From the NCBI RefSeq assembly GCF_009914755.1, contig NC_060942.1: 64,000 bases of DNA; one strand, 5' to 3'. The notes under the pieces are model-generated. The model did not search any database and was not told where the DNA came from. It was given only the letters and a program-made list of their open reading frames with translations. This stretch comes from the human T2T-CHM13v2.0 reference genome, Homo sapiens. Below are positions 39,236 through 53,208 of this stretch, piece after piece. The first letter of the stretch is position 1, and each line of letters begins with the position of its first letter. Both the position numbers and the translations under genes were made by a program.

Positions 39236-41889
39236 CCACATAATGGCATATGTGGGTGTGTGTAAGATGTGTGGATATGCTTATTTCTACGTTGTCAAGC
39301 ATATACTATGGTTCGCATTTTTTATATATACAAGAAGATCCTATTTTATGTATTTAGAGTACAAATTGCTGAAAGTTTTATTTTTTGTTTCAGCAGCAAT
39401 ACAGTTCATAGGATCTCCACATCTACATGACATGTAAATTAAAGAAAGGATGAAAGGCAAGTGATAAAAAAATTTTTCCTCAGTGATCAAGGCTGCAGAA
39501 TAATCAAACCCACAGATGACTAAGGAAGATTTTTAAAGCTAAGGGACAAAAATACCTGCTCTCTACGATAACCTTTGTCACTCTCGGTGCCCTGGGAAAA
39601 AAAAAAAAAGAAGAAAACACAAATATCTTTGTCTTAGAAATGAAAAGGCACAGGGTTTCACCGACTTTAGAAATGTTTTGACTCAGTTGGGAATGAGATT
39701 AATGATTTTGTGAAATCAAAGTATGCAAGAGGTTCCAGCTGGGATCTGACTCAGCTGATTAACCAGCATGAACTAAGGACTGGCATTGAGTTGAATTGTG
39801 ATTGCATGCCTTCACAGCCACAAAAAAAACATCAAAAGAATAAATGTGCAACCTCATACTCCAATGACGGTATAAGAGGTTAAAAAGCAATCATTTATGT
39901 ATCAAGCTCAGAAAATATTCAACATTTATTTGTAAGACTGTATGGTAATGCGAGTGCAGATCCCTGTGTCTGTTTGAGTGTCTGCATGTGGTATCGTGCA
40001 GATGGAAATCAATTTGTTTTCCATGAAAGTGATTTCCCTCAATAGACATACATTTTGCCCTAATCTATGACTGTTAAAATATACAAAGAAAATAAACTAC
40101 AGAAATATTTATCACCCAGGGAACATACATTAGTAGATTATTACAGCTTCAAAATCATATCACTTTTGATAGGACAACATTTGACACACAGAAAAATTAA
40201 AGAATACAGAGAAATCATTTAATGAATAGAACGCTCATTACTTGACATGCAATATAATCGTTAATAGCTATTTCTATGCCTTTTTTGAAGGACAACATTG
40301 AAAGGAAGTTTGTAATCTAACCTTTCTCTTAAATAGGACATCTGGGAAATGAGTGACCCAGTCAAATTGTTGCTTTTACATCCTAGTAATAAGACCTTTT
40401 GGTAAATATACACATGCTATTTCCTACCAGATTGGAAATGGAGAGTCCTTATCAGCAAAAATGCTTTTAGCATTATGCATAAATTTTGCAGGCCTAGCTA
40501 GCTGAAGAATACTGATAAACTGTGTAAATAACGGTATATAAAAAATGGAGATATTCTGTAACTAAATGTGTTCTATGTTAGCCATATATTCTCATGCATT
40601 ACTCAACATAAACTTTACGTGTTTAGTCCTAATATGGGAGAAATAATACTGTGGGGAGATGCATTAGATGGTCAGAGACCACTCTAAAGAAAGAATAATT
40701 TGTTCCATGTGATTGCCCATATCCTTTGAATCGTTAATAAAACATGTTACTGAGTACAGTATATTGTTATTCAAATCAGTGTGAGTCTGATTTGATAATT
40801 GAACCTTTATTAGTACCACAAATTGCCACTATAAGCAAGATTGTCTTTCAATCTATGAATCCTAATTGCTAAGGCACTTTCAACATGAAAACAGAGGAGA
40901 TAGAAAATGTTGACAAATTAATATCAGGATGGCTCCCTACCCGCCCTCAGTTTGAAGTGGTGAAAGGACACGCGTCTTACCAAAGAAAGGAAGGAAAATT
41001 GGATTTGACCTTCAGAATTGACTCTGTAGATAAACACAGAGTCTGAAGCATAAGGAAAGCTAACAACAGATCCTATTGTCTGTTTTTGACAGCCCAGACA
41101 AAAGATCATCATAACCCACGTTTTTATGATTAATGGAAAGAATCCTCCTGCTTCCTTGGCCACCATGGAAGACAATATATTCAATCTCAAAGTAGGTTAG
41201 TTAAGATCATTGATGACCTGAGCGCTATGGCTAGCTAACTATAATACAATTTTAATTTAATTAATTTTAAAACAAAGTATTCTGTTACATGGTTAGAACA
41301 CCTTACAGAGAAATGCCAACAGAAGCTTAATGATGATTTGCTAGCAAGCGCTGATCAGAATAATCATTGTATTTCAAATCTGAATCACAAAAATCACATC
41401 TAGATGTCAGGGGAATTAAAAAAAAAGATCAAAATATTTCTATCCTACAGACTCTTTAATTGAAGAAAAATGTAAATTCCATTTTTATCATTATTAACAA
41501 GTCCATTGGAAGTGTTGCAGGCAAATGACTTGGAAATGATGCCAGGCACAATAGGTCGAACCTCAGTTTGTTTGCAGGGTCTCAGTCCTTTTCTACAAAA
41601 GCGATGTGGAAGATGCCCTCCAGCAAGATCAAGATCAGACCCAGAAAACTTTCAGGGGGAAGGAAGCCTTCCAGAGAAGGCTGCAAATGCCCTGTAAGCT
41701 TCATCATGAAAAATCATGTAACTTATTTATTAATTTATGCTACATGGGTAACGGGAAGGTTGTTTGGGGATTTAGTTTAGTTGTTTTCTGTTTTTTTTTT
41801 TTAATGTTGAAATAGTCAATTAGCATGAAAATGGTTTTGTTTAGGAATTAATGGCTCATCAACATTCTCCTCTCTTAACTATTGGGTTG

Positions 41890-42735
41890 GGGGGTAGGAT
41901 AGGTATACTCCCTGTTCTTTGTTCCTTCCAGGTCAATTACCTCTCCCACCTCCTGCCCAGACTTTCTCTCCAGAACCACCAAGCTTTGAATCTCATACTG
42001 TCAAGTTATATATCAGGTTGAATCTCAGGTCATCAGGTTGTATATACCATGATTTAAGCTGCTATCCACAGACCTTTCATTTCTTAAAGATTGTATCTCT
42101 TGGCTCAATCACTCTCTTCATTGTCTTCCTTATTACTTCCTTCTTAATTCTTCTCAATTTCAATATACTCATGGATGTTTCTTCATGCAACTGATATACT
42201 TTTTTTTCCTTTAGTTCCTTTCCTCTAATAATCTTGTCCTTCTCTTCCATCCTATAACAACTAATTTCTTCTATAATAAATGTCCTGTGTCTGGTCATTA
42301 CCACTGTATGCACCTGCTCTGTAATACTACCTCATCACCATTATCTTCTATCTTTTCAGCTCATTTTCTTTAGTACTCTGATTCTGAGATATTTCAAACC
42401 CACTGGAATAGAGCCTGTCATCTTTTCACTGACTATTGTTCATTTGGTAGTTTCTTTTTCCCCATTGCCAAGCTTTTCACCTCTTCTCTTTTTACATATT
42501 GGCTTGCAGGGAGGGGCAGGGGAGAGCCAAAAAAAATTTAAACCACAAACCTGGTTAAATTAAGTTCTCCACTACATTGCACCTGTGACTCTTTCAGTAG
42601 AATGTGAGAGGAGGAAAACTCACAAGACCACTAATTGATTCTACTTAAAATTTATGACTATAAACCCCATGAATTCTTTAAAGCTGCCAAGCAATTGTAA
42701 TGCAGTTACCTATTCCTTTCTCGCTTTAACTTTCC
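41890..42735 (+). mobile_element. L2 ORF2 endonuclease-region remnant
   Basis: ORF 41919..42194 retains SFESHTVKL...IYH...ILLNFNILMD, resembling L2 APE motifs (SFE.H; IYRPP; ILGDFNIH). Confidence 0.7.
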
Positions 42736-42741
42736 TTGATG

Positions 42742-42860
42742 TTGTTGAAGAAAAAATGTAACAGGTAAGTTACTCAGGCAGGAAAGACTTTTGTCAAGGC
42801 TATCACAATATGAGAAATAAAACAAACTCAATGCCTCTGAAGCAAAAATCTTAGTGTTTT
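42742..42860 (-). mobile_element. Short ERV1 LTR fragment (MER31/MER67-like)
   Basis: caggcaggaaagacttttgtcaaggctatcacaat resembles the start of the element at 60635. Confidence 0.5.
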
Positions 42861-42919
42861 CACCCAATTCTGTGACCCTGAAGGCAAATTAGAGTAAGGG
42901 TGACAAGGATTGTTTTTAT

Positions 42920-43090
42920 AAATTACTAGGAAGGAGAGTTTGCAGAACTTGGTGAGTGATTGCATGAGGGAGATGGGTGAAAGGCAGCTGTCAAAATTCA
43001 CTGCCAAGTTTCCAATGTGGGTGAAGTGGAGAATGATGGTGCCAACTACTGAGAAAGAAAATACTCAATGGAAAAGAGATTTCACTATTT
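42920..43090 (-). mobile_element. L2 fragment
   Basis: gaacttggtgagtgattg...tgatggtgccaactactgagaaagaaaatac. Confidence 0.7.
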
Positions 43091-44102
43091 GAAATGACCA
43101 TATGTGTATCTGCTTCCAAACTATAAAAAGTCACCATCTGCATCACTCACATTTAGGAAATCATATCAGAGAAGATTTTTTATTTCTTTAAGTTGAGCAT
43201 GATAAGTTTTCACATTCAGACTTCGACATAAATATTGTCTTATTCTTCTTTCATAGATGGCACAGTTTTCAAAAGCCTCTATTTCTGGTAGTATGAGAAC
43301 TTTCCCTTGTTAAGAAAACTCTAAGCACACCAAAATATCATGACAAAGACTGTAAATTCTTCCACAATGTCACCAATAAGAAACAGTCACAAATATTTTG
43401 TTGCACAAACTTTAAGTATCTCTACCTAGATAGATACATGTATATTTAAGCATACAATTATGCATATGGAAATATAGTATGTAACAAAATGTTGCAGACA
43501 TCATTCTCGACCATACATTTAAGTGATCTTTGAAACTTTACACATTATTTCTCATTTTGTTTGTGTCATCGATTTTCTTTACCAGGTTCAATAGCATAAT
43601 AGCACCATGATGAACATCACTCTGCACACCTCTATTCACATTATTAATTTATCTTCTTAGAATGAATGCCAATGAGGGGAACTGCTTGTTGACAGCACAC
43701 CGATACGCATTTATTGGAATACATTGCTCAATTTTGCTCAATTAATTTCCAAAATGAAACTGTCATGTAACACTTCCAGTAACATTTTGGATTCTTTGTC
43801 CTTGTGCATTCACTATTTGTTTCCTCACACTTGATCTCTGTATCTCTAATTATATTTAAAAAGTATATTTTCCATGTCTTTGTTTATGACTTGCAACCTT
43901 TATATAACATTACTACTGTTGTTTTTAGTATATTTTCTGATCTTTTCTGCTTGAGATCTATTTAGGGTGAGATGGTGTACAGTTTTACTGTCTACTAAAA
44001 TAGAGACTACTTCAGAAAGTTGTGTATATTACAATATCAAATTTGTAGGGTTTATTATGCTGCACATACTTTGCATTCACTTAATAGTGTCTAAGTACAA
44101 GG

Positions 44103-44196
44103 CTTGTGATTATGAAAGAGTCTCATCCTAAAATTGATCTCCAGTCCAAACTTGTGATTCAAAGAGTCTCATCTTAAAATTGACCTGCAGTCCAAA
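44103..44196. repeat. Tandem duplication, 48/46-bp units
   Basis: cttgtgatt..aaagagtctcatc.taaaattga.ct.cagtccaaa twice (44103-44150; 44151-44196). Confidence 0.92.
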
Positions 44197-45299
44197 TATA
44201 TGTTATCTAAATCAAATACATTTGACTATTTTACATTTCTTCTGCTATTTATATTAATACCTTCAAATGACAATTTGAAACTGCTCTTTCTTAAATTTTC
44301 AGGTAGGAATTATATAACATCCTGGTATGGAAGATGACAATTTTTCTATATCCACCACATTATCCCAATATATTTGCATTTTTAAAAATTCTGTATTTAT
44401 TTTTACCTTAACCCCTTACGACTTATTCACACTACAGTCTTGGAGTGTGCTTTGATTACTTTTTTTTTCATGTAGAACAATGTAGTGCCCAGCCTTATTT
44501 TTTTGGCTTTCCATGTAAGTATCAATATTTCACTGTCTAACTTTCCAGTGGAAATATAAAAACTTTTCAAATAATCACACTCTTTAAGGAATCATAATTT
44601 TATTTTTATTTTCTTGATTTTTAAATTCTCTTGTACCAGTGCTATCAGTCTTGTTAAGCTAGTCCTTCACCATTGCCCATATTTCTCCTATATTACACCA
44701 TGTGCTTTCCTTAATCTTTATTTTACTTTTTTAAGTTTATTCACTCATTTTGGAAGAGCACACTTTTGATAACTCTTAGAAATCATTCAAAATGAGTATT
44801 TTTATTTCAAAAGTCCAGATTATTTTTATTCTATTCTTTCAGTTTGAAGTTTGTCTGAATATTGACTGACACTAATTTATACTAAGAATTTTAAAAATAT
44901 AATTTATTGTCTCACAGGATCTAGTATGCTATTCAATCATAATTGCTATTTCAATTCTTGATTCTCTCTTTGTGAATGTTGTTTCATTCCTTTATTACAG
45001 AAATGTTTAGGGTCTTATTCTTCATTGTGCTAGACATACTGAATTTGCTCATCCACATTCCACACTATTCTAGTTCTCCACTGCAGATGGTAATCTGAGC
45101 GCTAACTAGTTTTCACCAATTAAAGTTACTCATGTGAAATTGTTGGAGTAGTGACATTTTTGTTTTTTATAGATAGCAAGGGCATTAAAATGTGAGGGTT
45201 CCCTGTATCAGAGTTAATGTGTGCGTTGTTTGGGTTTTCCGAGTATCGAATCAGTAAATTTAATCTTTAGGTATTCATTTTTGTTCTTCATGGATGAGG

Positions 45300-45440
45300 C
45301 AGAAGTGGGAGAGATTTTCAGAAATCACCTTTCCTGAGCACATAAAAGGACTTTATTTCCAGTCCTCCTTGCAGAAAGATCAGGACCATGTGCATTTTCT
45401 GGCTAGTGAAATGTAAATGGAAATCATGTATGCCCCTATT
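45300..45440 (+). mobile_element. Old MLT1 (I/J-like) fragment
   Basis: tttccagtcctccttgcag...ccatgtg..ttctggctagtgaaatgtaaatggaa. Confidence 0.55.
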
Positions 45441-48142
45441 TATATTAAGAAACAGTAACTATTGACTATATCTAGGTCTTAATTCTTCTCAACATTAGAT
45501 TTCAAACACTGTCATAAAAATTGTGGAATAATCACTAGCTCTTTTAATATTTTTTGAAATTTTGGCATTTTCTCAACCTAAATTCCAGGTATATAAAATA
45601 GCTCTACCTATTGCTATAAGCCACAAATAGATGTTAAATAATAATCAGAACAAGAAATAGATAACATATTAACTATTGCAATGCCTCTTTATAAGTTCAT
45701 GTAAGAAAAATACATATTTGCATGTAAGCACTAATTATTGGCAAGGAAACAAAAAGTTTCTGAAGATTGAAAAACATAAGACATCTGAATTAAAACTTGA
45801 ATGTGAATATCAGTTTATGTCAAAAGTAAAGCAAATCTTAGGTAAAGAGCACGTGAGATGTAAATACAGAAGAGGTCAAGCCCCCGGTACATGTTTTGGT
45901 GTTGGTGGTCATGTATTCTAGGTTTCTCATAGTCATATTTTGGCACCTCAATGAGACACATAGAAATTAGAATAATACAAAGACTGTGGGATGTTTTGAG
46001 CTATTTAATAGACATTCTTTACACTACATAGCAGGTAAAGTCTTACAACCCATCATCATATGGTTTCTGGAGAACTTGATGCCACCTTTTATGAACTTGT
46101 TGAGTAGAAAGATAGATCTGGATTTGGTGTTGGAAGTGAACACTATTGACACCAACAGAAAGAAGCACTTAATGAACTTTCACCTACCAAATGACTATAA
46201 TAATATTCTTCAGCAAGAAAAAAATGCAATTGAAAATTTTCATTGGGAGAGTGGGATATCAAAAGCAAAAGTGTTAGAGTCCCCAAATTCCATCACCTAT
46301 GAGTACCTGCCAAAGTACTAAAGTCAAAGGAAACAGAAAATTAGAATATAGTCATAGTAATCAGTTTATTTCCAAATTATTTAGTGTCAAGAATCAAAAT
46401 GTGGGAGACAAATAAAGTGAATCAAACATAAAAATAAAACTATAAGTCATAAAATAAAGACAAAAACCATAAAATAAAGGCTGCTATAGTGTGGATTAAA
46501 CAAATCTAGAAATATAGTGCAACATGGTATCTTGTTTGCCATAGGCCTGACATACAAACCTGATAAAATAATGAAACTTAATTGGAGGAGCTTAGATTGA
46601 TCGCTTCTCCCACATCTTACCTCACAACAGGGCTTAACTAGAGTAACAGGATTATAAAGTGGCAGACATAGTCTCTCAAGAATGTATTAATATTAGCCAG
46701 GGTGTCCAGAGAAACAAAACCAATAGGCAATATATCTATGTACATGACAATCATGAAATAAATTATATAAATTAAGGTACCATAAAGATGCTTTATCAAA
46801 TTTGAAGTAATATAAATTATACAACGTATGTTATATCACAATCAAACTTAAAATCAACAATAAAAAGATGATTAAAAAATCAAACCTAAATTTTCCGGTA
46901 TCAATGAAAACGTTTCAAAAGAAATTTCAAAATGTTTTACACTATATAAAATATAACTTGTGAAATTTTGTTTGATTCAGAGAATGTAGAGGTAGTAGGA
47001 ATTTTGTGTTATTAGGTGCATTGATTACAAAAGAGAAAGATCTGAGTACAATAAAGAAGCTTATGCCGAAGTAAACTAAAAATGACAGATTAAACCTAAA
47101 GCAAAGAAAATATGTGATAAAGAACAGAAATCAGTAAAATTGGAAACAGAATAAAATATTGAGAAAATCAACTAAATAAAAGGTGATTCTTTGATAAGTC
47201 AATAAAATTGATAAACCTCAAGCAAGCTAAGAAAAAATGAGAGAAAATATAAATTTATCAATATTAGAAATGAAAGAGGAGCCATCACTACTGATACCAT
47301 AGACATAAAAAGAAAATAAATGAAAAGTATAAAAAATTCTATGTCCACAATATCATAACTTAGATAAAATTTACCAAGTCCTTGAAATACAAAAGCTACC
47401 AACTTTCACACAAGGAAACTTGTATAACCTAGTTACTCTTTATATCTGTTAAAAATTGAATCAATCATTAATAACCTTCCAAAAAATAAAGTTACATGTC
47501 CAGATGAGTTCACTGGTCAATTATACTGAACACTTCATTTTAAAAATTATACCAATTATTCATGATGTCTTCTGGAAAACTTACAAGATAGAACCTTTCA
47601 TAACTTATTCAATGAGGCAGGCATCATCTAATACCAGAACCAGGTAAAGATATTACCATAGCGGAAAACTACAGACCAAAATATCTCGTGCATAAATATT
47701 CAAAAATCTTCAAAAAATATTAGCAAGTCTAATCTAATTCTGTATAAAAATAATTATACACTATGGTGAAGTATGATTATTCTAGCTATGCAAGCCGGGT
47801 ACACATTCAATAAGCAATCATTCTAATCCACCACATTAACAGGTTAAAGAAGCAAAATCAATTGATGCAAATATATATGATAAATGCAACACTCAGTCAT
47901 TATAGAAGCCTTCACTGAGGACTATCCCAGATTTTATAAATATATATACAAATTAGAAATTACTTCAGTTGCATGAAGGATTTATTTTAAAAAGTTACAA
48001 AATTACTAATAATTGGGAAAAAGACTGGTAAATTAGACTTCTTTTCAAATTAAAGCTATTTTTCACAAGACACTAGGGAAGAGTGAAATAGTAACTTGCA
48101 GATTTGGAGAAAATATTTGTTACATATATAATCAATATAGGG

Positions 48143-48184
48143 CAGGGGTTAAAATACTACAGCCCATTGGCCAAATCTGGTCAC

Positions 48185-48231
<47 letters not shown>

Positions 48232-50821
48232 ATTTGCAATCTAAGAAGGTTTTACATTTTTAAATTGATTTAAAAAGTCAAAAGTATACTTTGCGGCATA
48301 GGAAAATCCTAAGAAATTTACATTTCATAGTTTTGGAGGGACACGGCCATACTCATTTGTTTATCTATAGTTGTTATCTACAGTTGTTTTTGAACTATAA
48401 TGGCAAAATTAAGTAGTTTCATCAGAGACCTGATGTGATTCTCTAGGGATCCACATTCTTCCTCAGTGCACTACAAATCACTAGGATGCATGTATAACTA
48501 CACAGTGTTGTGAGTGCCACGTATTGTTATACAAGTGTTTTATTAACACTTATATTTTAATACCAGAGGATATCTATCATGTCAAAAGAAAAAGAAAGAG
48601 AAAATTGGATTGCTAATGCACATTTTTAGGAGACATTAGAGTGTGGAATATTTCCTACTATATTAGGGCAAAGCATTGTGATTACTATGTAATTACACTA
48701 ATTAAATGATAATAGGATGCGATATGTGTTGAAATTACTAGATAAGCAGTCATAACGATATTCTCACCTCATAGGAAAAAAACATTTGGGAAAATTAGAA
48801 AGTTTGAAATGGAATATTTTGTAACGGCAGAATTTCTTCACAAAAATATAAAGCAAAAATGGAGCAGCAAATAAAGCATGTTTGCAAGTGGCTCATTTTT
48901 TGACCAAGTAGGGAAAGCCCGTTTATTGACAGTGAGCTAATTATAGCAGCTGAAAAATGTCCCCACAGAAAATCAATTTGTTTGTGACTATTAGCCTTTT
49001 AGTAAAAATAGATACTCAAAGAGTTTAGGATGTTGTGGGCAACTTAATAGTCTTTTTTAAAAGACAAATTATATTTAGTGTTTGTCCTTAGCTCTGGATG
49101 CATGAGCAGATGTTCATTTGTTGTCTATGTGAGGAGTCAATACTTGCCTCTCGTTAATAACTAACTTCTGTGAATATCTGCTTAGAACAATTACAGTTGA
49201 GAATATTTTCAAAGAAACTATGAAAAGCCAGATTTGGTACAACCTGAAGTGGAATATGCTAAGATGTGTTACAGTTGATGATGGTAAATAAATGTAGAGA
49301 AGAGTAAAAGCTTTCACTGGAAACATTTTCATTTATTTATTTATTCAGCGACAGGGTCTCACTTTGTCACCCAGGCTGGAGTGCAGTAGCCCAATCTCAG
49401 CTCACTGCAATCTTTGCCTCCTGGATTCAAACAATTCTCATGCCTCATCTTAGCCTCAGGAGCAGCTAAGACTACAGGCATCCACCACCATGCCTGGCTC
49501 AGTTTTGTACTTTTAGTAGAAAAGGGGTTTTACCATGTTGGCCAGGCTGGTATTGAGCTCCTGGCCTCAAGTGATCCACCCCCACTACCCTCAGCTTCCC
49601 AAAGGGCTGGGATTACAGGCATGAGCCACCACACCTGGCCTGGAAACATTTATCAATCTTGTGAAAATATAAGATGTTTAAAGACTATGGATATTTTGTA
49701 TTATACATCATGATGTTAAAATTTTGCAGTAAATACTACTAGAATCTGTCTTGTGTTATGGCACCAGTAGTACCAATGCCAGTCTTCATGGTTTCTGAGA
49801 TTTAACTATGGTAATTTGTATTTTGTCAGATATAGAAACTGGATTTCCGAATTGCCTACTGCATTTCAGTTACATGGACAGCATTAGTAAACTTTTATGT
49901 GATTCTTTTAGCTCAGGGCTGAATTTTTTGTTTCCTTAAAAAGAAGAACCAACCTCATCTATCATTGATTATTAAGCAGTCCTGAAAATTAGGTTTTTCT
50001 GCAGACAAGATAATGTTTTTTAGTTAATTCAATTAAATATACAAGGTAAAACAGCATTTTGTATGAAAATTAGATTTCAGTAAAATTATTTCACAAAATA
50101 ACACTTTCAGTCCCAAATTGTCAACCTGCTTTCTCCATTTCCTGTGTTGTCAAAAGAAAAAAACATGATATGAGATCCCTCTTCCCACACAGATTTTTAA
50201 TAGAAACATTTTCTGAGATAAAATTATAGTCCAACACATTTATTGGACATCAGTGCAAATTTAAATATATTTTCCACATTTCAAAAAATATTTATCTGCA
50301 ATTGAGGAGTATTTACTTAATCTTCATTTGGGTGACTAATTAGCAATGGAATTACATGCTTAAAGCAAATATCAAGAGTAGGATGTAACTGAATCTTCTA
50401 AATAACTATTAGTAGACACATATCATAAATTAACATCATATACTCATAGACTGATAACAGTACCTATCTGTGTACCAAATGAAATGATGAACAATGGAAA
50501 AATCTCATTACAGATAACCATTAAAATGTGAATATTTGCAAAATATTTTAATAATAACCAAGGGTAGCTATATGCCCTATTTTAGTTAAATGTTATTCCT
50601 TCCAAAAAGAATTTCATTCTTCTCATTAATAAATTGTGTTATGAAACAAAAATACTATAGTAGTATTATATATATTTTAATTTTATTTAAAAAATGTATT
50701 TGGGGGATTTGTTTTCTTTCTTAACATAGGCACCTACATAATAGGCTTGATTTTGTCTCTTGGCCAAAGAGCTTAAAATATTCACCATCTAACACTTTAC
50801 AGAAAATGTTGCTGACACTAG
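48143..50821 (+). mobile_element. Near full-length Cheshire/MER58-family hAT-Charlie transposon with decayed transposase
   Basis: MER58-type ends (caggggt...ggccaaatctgg; aaaatattcaccatct...tttacagaaaatgttgctgacactag). From about 48579, frameshifted Charlie-type motifs (ATG TCA AAA; ggcaaagcattgtg = GKAL; gggaaagccc = GKP; actattagcctt = TISL). Degenerate 8-bp flanks atataggg/caataggt. Confidence 0.8.
49329..49640 (-). mobile_element. AluJb-like element inserted in Cheshire
   Basis: gacagggtctcac and ctcctggcctcaagtgatcc; TSD tggaaacattt at 49318-49328 and 49641-49651. Confidence 0.95.
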
Positions 50822-51447
50822 CAATAGGTTCTTAGTCAAAATATACAAAGGATTTCACTAATTAGTGAGAAAAAGCCAGAAAACTCCATGGAAAAAATGT
50901 TCAAATACTTAATTAGGAACTTTATAAAATAAGGTATCTAACTAGCAAATAAAACATATAAAAATATATAAAGCATATAAAAAATTAAAAACCAAGTTTT
51001 TAATCAGGGAACTGAAAATTAAAATCATGAGGGATACTATTGCACACATCGCAGAAAGCCTCTCAAACTATTGACAAGAATTTATAGGAAAAAGAATTAT
51101 TATGTTCCTCATACCCACTCCTAGTAGAACTCACGCTTTTCCCAATACTTTAGAAATAGTTTTTCATTATCTAGTAAATTTAAAGAAGTGCACAGTGTTT
51201 TTATTCTTTCACAAATATATTGGGAAAATATTTGCACGCATGTATCAGGAGATACATAACAAATGTTTATAGCAGCATTGTTTGAAATAGCAAAATAACT
51301 AACCAAAACCAATGAAATCAAAGAGTAAGAGAGATAGATTATTGTATTTTCATACAATAAAATAGTACCTGAATGAAATTGAAAGATTAGTTTCATATGA
51401 CAAAATTAATAGAAAATATGAACACATATAGACACATAAAGTGTTGA

Positions 51448-51769
<322 letters not shown>

Positions 51770-52674
51770 AGGATTCCTTTTTTTAAAAAACTCAAAAACA
51801 GTCAGCTTTAAGAGATTTTCTTTGGGTTAAAAAATGTTAAGGAGCACACTGAAATGATTAACATTCAAGAGAGTAAAGCTGATTGCATTTGGGGTGGCAC
51901 AAATGGGAAATTAGAGAGCAAAACTAGTTTGGAGCTTGTCCTTAGTTTTATTAATTGAATTAAACATGTATTTTTGTTTTCTTTATATATTTATTTTAAA
52001 AATAACTTGTCCAAAATCTGTATTTGTGCATCAAGGTTTACATTTTATGTCTTGTACCGATGTTATTATTGTTGACAACTGATATTTCCACGGTGAGAAT
52101 CCCAATTGTCTGTTTCTCATAGTATTATCCTTTGGGTCCGTCAGTTTTCCTAGAAAGAAATTATCAATGGTTCTGCTGAGAATGCAGGTGTGGATATTTT
52201 AAACCAGGCTGGCAACATTCTGAGAGCAAGAAAGCGCAGAGGACTGAAGAATCTCACCAGTAAGTCTACAAATGTTAATATACTACCTTGTTTTTAGAAG
52301 GCATTCCATATAAATCCCAGCTGGTTTCCTCAATCCCAAGCTGCTTGTTTCATCCTAAACAAAGAGTAAATTTAACTTTGTTTTCTGTTAAGAAAGAAAA
52401 CATATTTTATTAGCTGTGCAATAAAGGTGAAGAGGTGTAAGTCTCTTTGTTTTACCATTTCAAAACCATTGTTTTAATTTAATTTAGCTTCTTATATCCC
52501 AAAATTAGAGGTGTCTGAGGTTAACTTTTGACATACTTCAGGGATCTGAAGTAGGAAGTAACTTTCTTCTTACAACATCTTCCCTACAGACTTAGATTTT
52601 TATCATCTTTCCTTCTGTTAAGTCCAATATCATCCATTCATCTACTTCCTAGCTTTGAATTTTTGTTCAAATTT

Positions 52675-52880
52675 TTTCTTTGTCTTCTCTACCTCTCTCT
52701 TCTTTCCTCTTTCTTTCTCCTTTCTTTCTTTCTTTTTCTTTCTTTTTTCTTTTTTTCTCTTTCTTTTTTCTTTTTTTCTTTCTTTCTTTCTCTTTCTTTC
52801 TTTTTCTTTCTTTCTTTCTCCTTCCTTCCTTTTTTCTTTCTTTCTTTCTTCCTTTCTTTCTTTCTCTCTTTCTTTCTTTT
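52675..52880. repeat. (TTTC)n-rich polypyrimidine tract, about 200 bp
   Basis: Almost pure C/T on the plus strand. Confidence 0.97.
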
Positions 52881-53168
52881 CACATTTTTATTTCTGGGCC
52901 CTGTGTCTTTATTGCATTTCTTTTCTGACATTTGGTACTCCATTACTGACAGATTTATAGAAGAAATATTAATATTGACTATTCATTTCAAATTGATATT
53001 ATTTAATATTTATTTTAAAGTCAATATATTGTAAATAATGCTCATTTTATTATGCTATATTCTCACATTTAGATATAGTGAAAAATATTTATTCCCTGAC
53101 ACTAAGGTCATCCTTAGCCACTCCATATGTTTTTCTACATAGGTCCCTCTTTTGATGCATCTCCTATC

Positions 53169-53170
<2 letters not shown>

Positions 53171-53206
<36 letters not shown>
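53171..53206. repeat. (AGAT)9 tetranucleotide STR
   Basis: Direct count of 9 perfect units. Confidence 0.97.

Positions 53207-53208
<2 letters not shown>

Noticed and set aside
41011-41047. Hairpin GACTCTGT/ACAGAGTC with a bulged extension
   Set aside because: Too short for a pre-miRNA, and 8-bp stems arise by chance in 64 kb.
45986-46321. 111-aa ORF in apparently unique sequence
   Set aside because: GTG start, no recognisable domain and no exon context; this length is expected by chance.
52655-53034. F/S/L-rich and K/R/E-rich ORFs resembling membrane or basic proteins
   Set aside because: Translation of the TTTC tract; the same applies to 59691-59974.
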